From positions 154,914-218,913 of the forward strand of contig JBBIPC010000004.1 of the NCBI GenBank assembly GCA_037443035.1: 64,000 bases of DNA, read 5' to 3'. Numbering within the stretch: position 1 is the first letter of the stretch; each line of letters opens with the position of its first letter. Position numbers and translations under genes: made by a program. Of the stretch, positions 27,635 to 37,763 are shown in pieces. The notes under the pieces are model-generated. The model did not search any database. It saw nothing but the letters and a program-made list of their open reading frames with translations, and had not been told where the DNA came from. The DNA comes from Chthonomonadales bacterium. Its GTDB lineage: Bacteria; Armatimonadota; Chthonomonadetes; Chthonomonadales; CAJBBX01.

Positions 27635-30600
27635 TCAGAAACTATAGACTCCTTCCAGCAGGTACGCGTTCGTCCGCTGGCTATCCAGACTGTAGGTGAG
27701 CCGGAACGCATTCCGGAGGCGCATCCCTATCCTGAGCTCCCACGCACCGATGTCGCCGACAGTTTCGTGCCCTCCGGCGATGCGCCGCCAGTACGTTGCC
27801 TCGAAGGGTCCGACAAGATTACGGGACACACGGAGGACGAAAGCGCCGCTCGTGCTGTAATCTAGCGCGAACTCCTGCAGACCCAGCGCACGGCCAAGGC
27901 CCATCTCTTCGAACAGATCGGGAAGGAGCGCGCCTCCAAGGTAGTCCACAGCCTGACCCATGAGGATTTGAGCTCCTGCCCCACGTTGCGAGAACACCGC
28001 CTGAATCGCCTCTTGTCCGCCGAGCAACGCAGTCATACGCTGGGCCAGTCCGGACTGACTCAGGGCCAGATCTGGCGGCTCCGTCCGGTAGGTCAGCCGG
28101 AGCCGTCCTTCCGTGATCTCAGCTGGCTCCTCCGGTCTGCCCATCAGCGGTCCCTGCGCCTCTACCGTGACGCGATAGCGCCGGCGCACACCTGTCACCG
28201 AGGTTGCAGTGACGTTCGCCGTCGCTTTCAAGTTCACCTTGACGTCAAGACCTGTCTCACCCAGTTGTGCGGCCGTCACGGCCGGATAGCGAATGTCCAC
28301 CCGCCCGTTCCTAGCTATCATGAAACGTGCTGTTGGAAACGTAAGCTTTCCGCCTTCAATGACGAGGCTTCCAGCCAATCGTGGCGCGCTCAACGAGCCG
28401 CTGAAACGAATAGGCTGGCCACTCGCTGTACTCAGTGACGTAACCATCAGGCTGTTCGTAACGCTGACGTTCGGGCCAACTGCAATCGCAATATCGAATC
28501 GCGGGTCAACGACTCCTTGTCGAGGAGTACTGCTGAACAAGGGATCTGTCGCGGGAAGTCGGAGGGTCGTGTTGCGAAGTGCCACGCTGCCCGTGATGGT
28601 GGGTTCCATGACGGAGCCATCGATCCGAAGCTGAATCCCAGGCTGCCCATTGTCACCTGCGAACTCGCCTCGAATGCGGCCAGTGGCGAAGCCAGGCAGC
28701 GGGCTTTCCTCGAGACGCAGGTTCCTCCCCACGACTTCAAGACCGCCCTTTCGACGTTCCTCGGTGATCAACGGAATGGCGCCTGTTACTTCAATGTCTC
28801 CTGCGTACAGATCGGGCGCACCAGCGGTAGTGCCGCGCATGACGAGTGTGGCAGCGGGCCGTCCGAGCTGCTGGGACCGAGCTTCCACCATGCCATCTGC
28901 CACTCGTAAGTCGAGATTCACATCCTTCAGCATCGTGCGTGCGGATCCGAAGCGGATGCGGTCCGCCGTTAGCCGTGCATCGCCGACGATCTGAACATCG
29001 CCAGGCGACACCGACTCACCAGAAGCGAGTCGTCGTATGGCTCCAACGGATGCTCGCACATCGAGCTTTGCCGATGTCTGTCCCACAAGTTCGACGTTCG
29101 CGTCACCTAGCAGCGAACGGAACGTCTCCAGACCCTGTTGAGGCAGTTCGAGACTGAGCTCCGCAACAACGTCGTCCGGCGGCATAGGCTGCCGATAGCT
29201 GAAGGGCATCTTGGCGCGTGCGTGCAGCTCGAGGGGTCGCACCGGCGCTTGCCCAAGTTGAGGACTGCCCGCAACGGTGATGGCAAGGTCATCGATGGAT
29301 ATTAGTCCTTCGCGCAGCGTTGCCCCCGAGACACGCGCAGCAGGCACGAAGGCGCCGTTCAGCCCTGCCTTCGCACCGGGCGGCGATGCCAGACCGATGC
29401 CTCGAGCTGCAGCGTAGAAGGTGACCTCCGGCGATTCCGGCGTACCACTAACCTCAGCGCTGATGGTATCCACACGGCCCGTGACGCTCTTCAGTGGGCT
29501 GTCCGGAGGCAGCCACTGGGAGAGTGTGGACAGTGCAACACCATCCGCTGACACTGTGCCGCTGAGGCGCTTTCCGTACTCCAGTTCTCCGGCAGCCGAG
29601 ATGGCAAGTTCTCCAGACTGGAGCGACAACGCTTCGACGATGAGCTTGTTGTTGGTCAGATTCATCGAGCCAGACACTTGCTCCAGCGGCGTATCTCCGA
29701 TTTGGAACCGCCGTCCGTCCACGCGTACCGTGACGTCGAAGTCCGTCTCTACAGCGTGGGCAGCGACATCCGCCGAGACATTGCCCGTCACCGGCATGAG
29801 TGCTCGGCAGACCCGAGCCAGGGGACCGGAAGGCTCGTTAGCCACCACCGGGCTCTTCTCGATGATGCTCCGGACTTTCTCGAGCGCCGTTTCCGAGACG
29901 CGCGATGAGGCCAGGAATTCCCTCTTACCGGTATCGTAGCGCAGCGATTCGACGGTCACGGTGCTCTTGCCATCAGTTAGCTGTAGGACCGGCTCGGAGT
30001 TGTCGGAAGGAGCTCCCGTCACGATGCCATCACTCATCGCCAGATGGCAGTATAAGTCGCCGACGCTTTCGCCGTTCACCAGTAGATCGCGGGCCGAGAC
30101 CTCACCGCTGCCGTCGAGTTGCCAGCGATTCCCCGATCGGTGGAGGCCGGCCACCTGAATGCTGCCGTGGAGCGTCCCGCTCAGGGAGCCGTACCTTGCG
30201 CAGTACTGACCAAGCGCCCCCAGCGGCAGTCCACGGACATTCAGAGCCGCACTGAACCGGGAGCCCGACGCGTATTCGCCCGTCCCATGCAACAACCCAT
30301 CACCAACCTGGACGTCGAGGCTGTCGCAACGAGCAACCAGTCCCTCTGGCGTGCTTTGGAGACGACCGCCAATCCTGGCGCCCGAGACTTCGAGGTCGCC
30401 GATCCACAGGCGATTCGAGGCAACAGTTACGTCCTCGCCACGCAAGCGATCGAGGGAACCCTCGACGTAGCCCTCGGCCCTCACCATGCCAGAAATGTCG
30501 TACTCCTGGCCTGCCGCTGCGACGATCTCCTCTGCGGCAAGATTGTCAGCTTGCACTCGGGCCGAGATCCACGGCCTGCCGCTAAGCGGTTTCCTCACGA

Positions 30601-32725
30601 AGCCCTGTACCGTGGCGATGGCCGGAAGTCGCACGAATTCTCCATCTACAGCTAATGACTCGCGGGTGCCGTCTAAGCTAAAGACCGCGTAATCCGCGTC
30701 CATGTCCTGATACTTCGGACCGTCCAAGTACACACTGCCGGACAGTCGCGGATGTCGTATGTCTCCTTCGATGCGCCCATCTCGTAATGCTAGCAGCCCC
30801 GAAGGTCTGTTCTCGCTAGGCTGACCTGCCCAGTCTGCCAGAAGAGAAAGGGGAACAGAGTCACACTCGACTGTCAGCGAACCGGAGAGACTCCGAGGCT
30901 CCAGCGTCCCCTCCGCAACGAAGACCGCCGGACCTGATTCCGCGACAGCACGTCTGATCGTGAGCCGCCCGTTCTGGTAGGTGCCCAGGAGTTCGGCGCG
31001 GTCCAGACTCACTCGGTCATACTTTGGGGCCAATACCTGTATTAGCGTCTCGGCCGTCGCGAGCGGCTCGCTCTGATTCCCCCTCACGCGAGCGTCGAGG
31101 TTCACCACGCCTCCCAACCGCTTTCCGCCGGCGGTCCGTGAGCCACGCAAGACCTGGTCCATGCGCTCGTACGCGATCTGCATGGACTCAGCCGTCATCG
31201 CCCGCGCCGTTACGCCTGCATCATATTGCCACTGGTCGCGGGTACCGCGCCAACAACCGAGGATGTTCAGGCGACCGTCCGCGATGTCGGCGCGAGCTAC
31301 GAACGAGGTACTCCCAGGTGTGCCGTACAGGCGTGCGTAGACATTGCGGGCCGAAGCACCAGCTACAGCGATGGACGGTAGCTGAAGTTCTGCGTCAAAA
31401 GTTGGACTACTTGCCCTGCCACGAAAACGGACGTACACATCGCTCGGACGAGGTATCAGCAGTTCGCGCCGCCACGAGCCGCTACAATGAGCGCGAAGAG
31501 AACCAGCCAGTATGAGCCCCTGACCCATGTCACTCATCCGCAGATACCCCGTGACGCGTCCCCGAACTTGCTTCAAGGACTCATCCGCCGCTCGAGGAAG
31601 TAACATCAGGTGCTGGCGAATCGCTGGAACTGCCACGTCGTGGCCCGACATGGTCACGGAGTAGGACAGCTTTCGCCGCCAATCCGCGCTCGATGTCACT
31701 TGCAGATGCTCTTCGCCGATGCCTACCCATCCCACGGCGCTGAGGGTTCCGTCAGCTAACGAGACTTCACCATCGCTGATGCTTACGTCACCACGGACCC
31801 ATGGCACTCGTCCCAGCACATCCCTGATCCTGGCGCGAACGGCATAGTGGAGCGCGCGAGGATGTGCTGCGTTCGCACGCGCCGTACGCGTCCCGTGGAC
31901 GATCGCAACGTCGGCATGTACAGATCCATGCCGGTAGGTGAAACCATCCGGAAGAAATCGGTTGGCCCACTCGGGCTGAGGGTCTAGGTCCACCGTTGCA
32001 GTACTGAATAGGTAGTGGGTCAGGCTATCGTAGCGACCCGACGTGCGCACGCTTCCACGCGATTCCCCGGCGACTGCCCCGTGTCCGGACCATGCGACCT
32101 CCGATGGCGTTTCCCACGTTAGCTCTCCAGTCGCCGCGAGTATGGAAACGCGCACGGCACTCGAAGCCCGCGTCCGGTGTGCAGGCATGGCCTCATCGGT
32201 CAGGTCGAGCATGCAATCACGAAGCCGGACGCGCCCCACCCACACTCTGGTCGGAGGTCGCTTGGAAGGACGAATGAGCCGCAGTAGATTCCACTGGCCG
32301 TTCCTATCCCGATGCGCGTGGATGTGGCCGCCCACGACGTCAACGTTCCCAAAGACGGGCTCGTCGTTTGGATGTAGAAGGCGCGCAACAGTTCCTCCAT
32401 CGAGGAAAACCTGGACCTCCGCAATGCGTGCCAACGCTTTCTCAGGACGCAGACCACTGCCGTGGGGTTCGTCGATCCGCACGTTTCGGATGACGAGCCG
32501 CCCTGGCCGGATGCTCAAGTCGCCGACGCGAATCGGCGCAGCAAGGCTCACAGAAGCCTCGCGGGCGAGTGCACGTGCCATCAGCGGGCGCGTGGCATCC
32601 CAGAGACGGACGAAAGAAGTACAGCCGAGTCCGAAGACGGCCAGGAGTGGGACCAGCGTGACCACGACGGAGAGGAGGCTCTCTGTCGCGCCGGCGAACC
32701 TACAGCCTGTGGCACGTCTGCTCAT
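27635..32725 (-). CDS. tamB: Translocation and assembly module protein TamB (AsmA-like, DUF490 C-terminus)
   Basis: A 1696-aa ORF with an N-terminal TM anchor and a long beta-rich repetitive body. The C-terminal region ends in ..AFRLTYSLDSQRTNAYLLEGVYSF, as in TamB/DUF490. Confidence 0.8.
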   Translation of the reverse strand: MSRRATGCRFAGATESLLSVVVTLVPLLAVFGLGCTSFVRLWDATRPLMARALAREASVSLAAPIRVGDLSIRPGRLVIRNVRIDEPHGSGLRPEKALARIAEVQVFLDGGTVARLLHPNDEPVFGNVDVVGGHIHAHRDRNGQWNLLRLIRPSKRPPTRVWVGRVRLRDCMLDLTDEAMPAHRTRASSAVRVSILAATGELTWETPSEVAWSGHGAVAGESRGSVRTSGRYDSLTHYLFSTATVDLDPQPEWANRFLPDGFTYRHGSVHADVAIVHGTRTARANAAHPRALHYAVRARIRDVLGRVPWVRGDVSISDGEVSLADGTLSAVGWVGIGEEHLQVTSSADWRRKLSYSVTMSGHDVAVPAIRQHLMLLPRAADESLKQVRGRVTGYLRMSDMGQGLILAGSLRAHCSGSWRRELLIPRPSDVYVRFRGRASSPTFDAELQLPSIAVAGASARNVYARLYGTPGSTSFVARADIADGRLNILGCWRGTRDQWQYDAGVTARAMTAESMQIAYERMDQVLRGSRTAGGKRLGGVVNLDARVRGNQSEPLATAETLIQVLAPKYDRVSLDRAELLGTYQNGRLTIRRAVAESGPAVFVAEGTLEPRSLSGSLTVECDSVPLSLLADWAGQPSENRPSGLLALRDGRIEGDIRHPRLSGSVYLDGPKYQDMDADYAVFSLDGTRESLAVDGEFVRLPAIATVQGFVRKPLSGRPWISARVQADNLAAEEIVAAAGQEYDISGMVRAEGYVEGSLDRLRGEDVTVASNRLWIGDLEVSGARIGGRLQSTPEGLVARCDSLDVQVGDGLLHGTGEYASGSRFSAALNVRGLPLGALGQYCARYGSLSGTLHGSIQVAGLHRSGNRWQLDGSGEVSARDLLVNGESVGDLYCHLAMSDGIVTGAPSDNSEPVLQLTDGKSTVTVESLRYDTGKREFLASSRVSETALEKVRSIIEKSPVVANEPSGPLARVCRALMPVTGNVSADVAAHAVETDFDVTVRVDGRRFQIGDTPLEQVSGSMNLTNNKLIVEALSLQSGELAISAAGELEYGKRLSGTVSADGVALSTLSQWLPPDSPLKSVTGRVDTISAEVSGTPESPEVTFYAAARGIGLASPPGAKAGLNGAFVPAARVSGATLREGLISIDDLAITVAGSPQLGQAPVRPLELHARAKMPFSYRQPMPPDDVVAELSLELPQQGLETFRSLLGDANVELVGQTSAKLDVRASVGAIRRLASGESVSPGDVQIVGDARLTADRIRFGSARTMLKDVNLDLRVADGMVEARSQQLGRPAATLVMRGTTAGAPDLYAGDIEVTGAIPLITEERRKGGLEVVGRNLRLEESPLPGFATGRIRGEFAGDNGQPGIQLRIDGSVMEPTITGSVALRNTTLRLPATDPLFSSTPRQGVVDPRFDIAIAVGPNVSVTNSLMVTSLSTASGQPIRFSGSLSAPRLAGSLVIEGGKLTFPTARFMIARNGRVDIRYPAVTAAQLGETGLDVKVNLKATANVTATSVTGVRRRYRVTVEAQGPLMGRPEEPAEITEGRLRLTYRTEPPDLALSQSGLAQRMTALLGGQEAIQAVFSQRGAGAQILMGQAVDYLGGALLPDLFEEMGLGRALGLQEFALDYSTSGAFVLRVSRNLVGPFEATYWRRIAGGHETVGDIGAWELRIGMRLRNAFRLTYSLDSQRTNAYLLEGVYSF

Positions 32726-32752
32726 GGTACCATCACGTCAGCGGCATGTTCC

Positions 32753-33634
32753 CTAGCCTGCTCCCCATAGCTCGCGCGTCTGAGTACTGCGCAACACCTG
32801 GTCAGCGTTGAAGCTGCTTCTCGTGAAAGGCGAGCTGGCCACGTATAGGAACCCCATGGCTTTGGCAGCCGCTGCGAATTCGTCGAATACATCGGGCGGT
32901 AGGTACTCCACGACCGGCAGATGGCGCAAGGTGGGTCGGAGGTACTGTCCGATAGTCAGCACGTCCACGTTCGCTGTGCGGAGATCTCCCATGGCCTCAA
33001 GCACCTCCTCACGGGTCTCTCCTAGGCCTACCATCAGGCCAGATTTCGTCAACATGTCAGGCATGATCCTCTTGGCAAATTCGAGCACGCCAAGGCTACG
33101 CTCGTACCTACCCTGCGGCCGCACCTGTCGCGTGAGACGGCGTACGGTTTCGAGATTATGGTTGAAGATTTCCGGTCTAGCTTGTACAACGTGTTCGATG
33201 AGCGATGTCTTGCCCTGAAAGTCTGGTGTCAAGACCTCGATGGTTACGTCTGGTGCAAGTTCACGAATGGCACGAATGGTCGCAACGAAGTGATCCGCTC
33301 CCTGATCAGGGAGGTCGTCGCGCGTGACCGACGTGACGACGACGTGCCTTAGGCCCATGGCGACTGCCGTCTCAGCAACGCGGCGAGGCTCCTCGGGATC
33401 AGGAGGCAACGGCCGGCCCACCTTCACCGCGCAAAAGCCGCAGTTCCTAGTGCACGTATCGCCTAGGATCATGAACGTGGCCGTTTTCCGAGACCAGCAC
33501 TCGCCAAGGTTCGGACAGCGGGCGCTCTCGCAGACTGTATGCAGACGCGCATGGCGAACCATCCGCTCGACCTCAGCTACCGTCGCAGGACTGGGTACGC
33601 GCTTGGTCAACCATGGCGGTAGGTTTCGATTCAC
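32753..33634 (-). CDS. lipA: Lipoyl synthase
   Basis: Auxiliary cluster CESARCPNLGEC, radical-SAM CTRNCGFC and SGLMVGLGE motifs. GTG start with GGAGG 7 nt upstream. Confidence 0.93.
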   Translation of the reverse strand: MNRNLPPWLTKRVPSPATVAEVERMVRHARLHTVCESARCPNLGECWSRKTATFMILGDTCTRNCGFCAVKVGRPLPPDPEEPRRVAETAVAMGLRHVVVTSVTRDDLPDQGADHFVATIRAIRELAPDVTIEVLTPDFQGKTSLIEHVVQARPEIFNHNLETVRRLTRQVRPQGRYERSLGVLEFAKRIMPDMLTKSGLMVGLGETREEVLEAMGDLRTANVDVLTIGQYLRPTLRHLPVVEYLPPDVFDEFAAAAKAMGFLYVASSPFTRSSFNADQVLRSTQTRELWGAG

Positions 33635-33746
33635 TCTTGAGCCTCCTGGGTCGGCTGCAGTCTACCAGTAACACCGTCAGAGGGCGACTGCAATCCGCTC
33701 TTTGCCCCATGATGTATCACGCAGCGAACGGCTCTGGGGTTGTTCT

Positions 33747-33775
33747 AGCGTACCGAATGTGCCCCGTCGCGTCAA
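33747..33775 (-). promoter_or_regulatory. Sigma70-like promoter for lipA and possibly the whole envelope block
   Basis: On the minus strand this reads TTGACG-N17-TACGCT. It would give a leader of about 100 nt before the lipA GTG. Confidence 0.5.
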
Positions 33776-33790
33776 GCCTCGAAATCCGCG

Positions 33791-33820
33791 TTGACTCGGC
33801 CCCGCAAGCTACCTCATAAT
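33791..33820 (+). promoter_or_regulatory. Sigma70-like promoter for the MDR dehydrogenase / hpnCDE genes
   Basis: TTGACT-N18-CATAAT. An ATG (33827) lies 7 nt after the -10 element. The track start codon (TTG 33791) is the -35 hexamer itself. Confidence 0.55.
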
Positions 33821-33826
33821 GGCGGC

Positions 33827-34924
33827 ATGCTACCCCTCCTTGCCTTGGCTAACGCCACTCGGCTTGGATCGTCCCGCAGCATGACCGCCGCGGTCTACCG
33901 CGGACGAGGCTTCGTGCAACTAGAGCGCGTGCCGGTACCGCATCCCGGCTCCAGAGAAGTCCTCATCCGAGTGCGGCGCTGTGGGCTGTGTCCAACCGAC
34001 ATCAAGAAGATCGCGATGGGGCTTCAGCCGCCTCCGAGGGTCTACGGGCACGAAATCGCGGGGGTGGTTGCGGCCACCGGCCAGGAAGTGGAGGCCTGGC
34101 AAGTCGGTGACCGGGTCGTAGCGTTCCATCACATTCCGTGCGGATCGTGCCACTATTGCCGTCACGGTGCCTTCGCACAGTGCTCCACTTACAGACAGAC
34201 GGGAACGGTGGCAGCCTTCGAGCCGGCTGGAGGCGGATTCGCCGAATACGTATTGGTAAGGGATTGGATCGTCGCCAAGGGCATGGTTCGGCTGCCCGAT
34301 GATATCGCCTATGATGAAGCGTCGCTCTTGGAGCCGCTAGCGACCTGTCTGAAAGCCGTTCGGAGGTGCGCGCTCGACGCGGATTGCGTGGCGGCGGTTC
34401 TGGGGCAAGGACCTGTGGGCCTCATGCTGACAGCGCTGCTTGCGGACGCTGGCGTCCGTGTGGTAGCGGTCGAACCACGGGAGGATCGTGCGACGAAAGC
34501 GAGGGAGTTCGGAGCATCGGATGTGTTCCCCCCAACATCCGATGAACTGGCAGTCCGAATCCTGGAGATGACTGATGGACGCGGCGCCGACGCAGTCATC
34601 TTGGCCATACCGGCATCGGCCGGTATCGAGGAGGCCATGCACATCGTGCGTTCGGGAGGCACAGTCCTTCTGTTCGCCGATACTCACCTTGGGGATCATG
34701 TTCGTGTGGACGCCGGTCGCATATGCAGTCAGGAAGTGTCCATTATCGGCAGCTATAGCAGCGATGTCACTCTGCAAGACGAAGCGGCTCGATTGCTTTT
34801 CGCGCGTCCTGCGTTCTGGCGGTCCTTGGTTAGCCACGTACTACCGTTGGTGGAGATCGAAGCGGCCATCAACCTTGCCCTGAACCCACCTCCGGGCGCC
34901 CTGAAGATCCTGGTGGCACCATGA
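33827..34924 (+). CDS. Zn-dependent medium-chain dehydrogenase/reductase (threonine/sorbitol dehydrogenase-like)
   Basis: Catalytic CGLCPTD...GHE and structural-zinc CGSCHYCRHGAFAQC motifs, plus a GxGxxG-type NAD fold (VLGQGPVGL). The start is either a leaderless ATG at 33827 or ATG 33881 (MTAAVYRG, the usual MDR N-terminus). Confidence 0.8.
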   Translation: MLPLLALANATRLGSSRSMTAAVYRGRGFVQLERVPVPHPGSREVLIRVRRCGLCPTDIKKIAMGLQPPPRVYGHEIAGVVAATGQEVEAWQVGDRVVAFHHIPCGSCHYCRHGAFAQCSTYRQTGTVAAFEPAGGGFAEYVLVRDWIVAKGMVRLPDDIAYDEASLLEPLATCLKAVRRCALDADCVAAVLGQGPVGLMLTALLADAGVRVVAVEPREDRATKAREFGASDVFPPTSDELAVRILEMTDGRGADAVILAIPASAGIEEAMHIVRSGGTVLLFADTHLGDHVRVDAGRICSQEVSIIGSYSSDVTLQDEAARLLFARPAFWRSLVSHVLPLVEIEAAINLALNPPPGALKILVAP

Positions 34925-35985
34925 ACACGGGGATGATGGCAGCCGTCTTGCACGGTAAGGAAGACGTGAGGATCGAACAGGTTCCCCTGCCGGAGCCTGG
35001 CCCGGGCGAAGTTCGCGTTCGGATAGGTGCGGCGACGACATGCGGCACGGACGTGAAAGTATGGCGACGCGGCTATCACAAGAACATGATCTCGCCGCCC
35101 GCAGTTTTCGGGCACGAGTTCGCCGGTGTCGTGGACAGCGTTGGAGCAGGCGTGACCAATTGGCGTTCAGGTGACCGTGTAGTAGCGGCCAACTCGGCGC
35201 CATGCGGCGAGTGTTTCTTCTGTCGGCGAGGGGAGTTTGCCCAGTGCGAGGATCTCCTGTACCTCAACGGTGCCTACGCAGAATACGTGGTGGTGCCCCC
35301 TCGCATCGTGAGGCGGAACCTCTTGCGAATCCCCGACGACCTGCCCTATCAGCATGCCGCGCTGACAGAACCCCTCGCCTGCGTTGTCAACAGTATGCAC
35401 CTCTGCCCTGTCTCGCGGGGGGACGAGGTGGCCATCGTGGGCGATGGTCCCATCGCCCTCTTTTTCGCTCGCCTGTGCACTCACGAAGGAGCCAACGTAA
35501 CCGTCATCGGCCACAAGGAGCGCCGATTGGAGACGGCCACACGCCTTGGCGTCCGTAGGGTCCTTCACGGCAAGGCGGACGACCCGGCGATACGTTCCCA
35601 GGCCATCCGGTCAGTGCATGGCGGACGCGGGTTCGATCTGGTCATCGAGTGCGTAGGAGTACCTGTCACGTGGTCTGCCGCGATATCGCTGGCACGGAAG
35701 CGCGGTGTCGTCAACCTCTTCGGCGGGTGTTCGAAATCCACGCATATCGAGCTTGCCACAGAACGCATTCACTACGACGAGCTTACGCTCACCGGGACAT
35801 ATCACCACGATCCGACGGCTGTGCGCGAAGCACTCAGGCTTCTTGCGGAGCGTGTTGTTCCGGGAGACCTGTATGTTCAGGCGGAGGCGTCACTGCGCGA
35901 CTTGCCGGAGGTCTTCGTGTCGTTGGCCAGCGGCCTCGACGCCCCTAAGGTTGCTGTGTTTCCGCCATCATCGGGTTGGGTGTAG
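34921..35985 (+). CDS. Zn-dependent medium-chain dehydrogenase/reductase, second paralogue
   Basis: TCGTDVK...GHEFAG, CGECFFCRRGEFAQC and IVGDGPIAL motifs. 4-nt overlap with the previous gene, and only 6 nt before hpnC. Confidence 0.8.
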   Translation: MNTGMMAAVLHGKEDVRIEQVPLPEPGPGEVRVRIGAATTCGTDVKVWRRGYHKNMISPPAVFGHEFAGVVDSVGAGVTNWRSGDRVVAANSAPCGECFFCRRGEFAQCEDLLYLNGAYAEYVVVPPRIVRRNLLRIPDDLPYQHAALTEPLACVVNSMHLCPVSRGDEVAIVGDGPIALFFARLCTHEGANVTVIGHKERRLETATRLGVRRVLHGKADDPAIRSQAIRSVHGGRGFDLVIECVGVPVTWSAAISLARKRGVVNLFGGCSKSTHIELATERIHYDELTLTGTYHHDPTAVREALRLLAERVVPGDLYVQAEASLRDLPEVFVSLASGLDAPKVAVFPPSSGWV

Positions 35986-35991
35986 ATCTCC

Positions 35992-36897
35992 ATGTTGCCT
36001 GCACCCTTCGACACCCCCTATGCGGTAACGGAACCTTATGGGTTGCGGGAGGCCGAGGTCTACTGCCGGCGCTTGGCCACGTCCCATTACGAGAACTTCC
36101 TCGTGGCGACGGTGTTTCTTCCGCCAAGATTGCGGCAGCACTTCTACAACATCTACGCGTACTGTCGGATCGCTGACGATCTTGCAGACGAGGCAGTCAG
36201 CCCAGAACGTGCATTGCAACTGCTCGATTGGTGGGAGGCACAGCTCCGCCTCTGCTACGATGGCATGCCTGAGCATCCCGTGTTCGTAGCACTCCAGACA
36301 ACCAACGAGGCGTTCGGCATACCCATGACGCCCTATGCCAACCTTCTCAAGGCATTCCGACGGGATCAGATCCAAACGCGTTACGAGACGTACGAGGAAC
36401 TGCTGGAGTACTGCCAGTGCTCAGCCAATCCAGTCGGTCACCTCGTCCTTCACTTGTTCGGCTTCACAGACGCGCAGCGTCGCCAGCTCAGCGATGCTAC
36501 CTGCACGGCTCTACAGCTCGCAAACTTCTGGCAGGACGTTGTTCCCGATTACGAGAAGGGCCGCGTCTATCTTCCGCGTTGCGACATGACGAGATTCGGC
36601 GTGACGGAAGAGGCAATCGCCAAACGTCATTTCACGCCGGCATTTGGTGCACTCATGGAGTTCGAGTGCAAACGTGCGATGGAGCTTTTCGAGTTCGGTG
36701 AGGGACTGCGAGCCGTGGTGCCACGGAGGCTCGCCTTGGATGTGGAGATGTTCACGCGCGGCGGCAAAGAGATCCTCCACCGCATCGCTCGACAGCGCTA
36801 CGATGTTCTCACGTATCGCCCGACCATTCCGAAGTTGCGCCAGATGGGACTCTTGGTAGGGGCCGCTGCGCGCGTTTTCGCAGGGAGGCAGACATGA
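35992..36897 (+). CDS. hpnC: Hydroxysqualene synthase (squalene synthase HpnC)
   Basis: Squalene/phytoene synthase fold with the HpnC-type N-terminus SHYENFLVAT..LPPRLRQHFYNIYAYCRIADDLADE and a second Asp-rich region. Confidence 0.78.
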   Translation: MLPAPFDTPYAVTEPYGLREAEVYCRRLATSHYENFLVATVFLPPRLRQHFYNIYAYCRIADDLADEAVSPERALQLLDWWEAQLRLCYDGMPEHPVFVALQTTNEAFGIPMTPYANLLKAFRRDQIQTRYETYEELLEYCQCSANPVGHLVLHLFGFTDAQRRQLSDATCTALQLANFWQDVVPDYEKGRVYLPRCDMTRFGVTEEAIAKRHFTPAFGALMEFECKRAMELFEFGEGLRAVVPRRLALDVEMFTRGGKEILHRIARQRYDVLTYRPTIPKLRQMGLLVGAAARVFAGRQT

Positions 36898-37763
36898 ATC
36901 ACCGTCTGCTCACAGCGTATGCCGAGTGCGAGGCGCTAACGCGGACCCATGCTCGAAACTTCTACCATGGGCTTCGTCTACTCCCAGAGCACAAACGTCG
37001 TGCGCTGTACGCCGTCTACGCCGTCATGCGCCAGACTGACGATATCACCGACTCTTCGGCGAGTGGAAACGATCCGAGAGGTTCACTGGAACAGTGGCGG
37101 TCCATGTTGCACGCCGCCTATCTTGGCAACACCGGCGCCAGCCTTGTCCTTCCAGCGTTCCATGATGCCGTATCGCGGTACGGAGTTCCCCTGTCCCTGT
37201 TCGACGAACTCATCGATGGTGTCGCTATGGACCTCACAACGCAGCGTTTCGAGACATGGTGCGACCTGAGACACTACTGCTACTTGGTGGCTGGTGTAGT
37301 AGGTCTTGTGTGCATTCACATCTGGGGTGTCGCGGATGTCGAGCGTGCACGATCCCTGGCTATTGACTGCGGCATCGCGTTTCAGCTCACCAACATTCTC
37401 CGCGACATCCGAGAAGATGCAATGCGCGGACGGGTCTACGTGCCAATCGAGGACTTACGCCGATACGGATTGACGGACAGCGACCTGCTGGCGCCGCAAC
37501 CGAAGAACGGCCTAGCCGACCTCATACGCTTCGAGGCTGAGCGTGCTGAGGGTCTGTACGGGGCGTGTCGTCCGCTCGCTGCGCTCATCCACCCAGACTG
37601 CAGGCCGACGTTTCTGGCCATGTCTGGCATCTATCGGGCTCTCCTCAACCGCATCCGACGCGATCCACTCGAGGTGCTGCACGCGAGGGTGACCGTGCCG
37701 CCGTTCCGCAAGATGGCCATCGTTGCTGGCGCGCTCTTCCGGACGAAGCTCGGTCATGTATGA
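36894..37763 (+). CDS. hpnD: Presqualene diphosphate synthase
   Basis: HpnD-type N-terminus CEALTRTHARNFYHGLRLLPEHKRRALYAVYAVMRQTDDITD, and the NILRDIREDAMRGRVYVP motif. 4-nt overlap with hpnC. Confidence 0.78.
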   Translation: MNHRLLTAYAECEALTRTHARNFYHGLRLLPEHKRRALYAVYAVMRQTDDITDSSASGNDPRGSLEQWRSMLHAAYLGNTGASLVLPAFHDAVSRYGVPLSLFDELIDGVAMDLTTQRFETWCDLRHYCYLVAGVVGLVCIHIWGVADVERARSLAIDCGIAFQLTNILRDIREDAMRGRVYVPIEDLRRYGLTDSDLLAPQPKNGLADLIRFEAERAEGLYGACRPLAALIHPDCRPTFLAMSGIYRALLNRIRRDPLEVLHARVTVPPFRKMAIVAGALFRTKLGHV

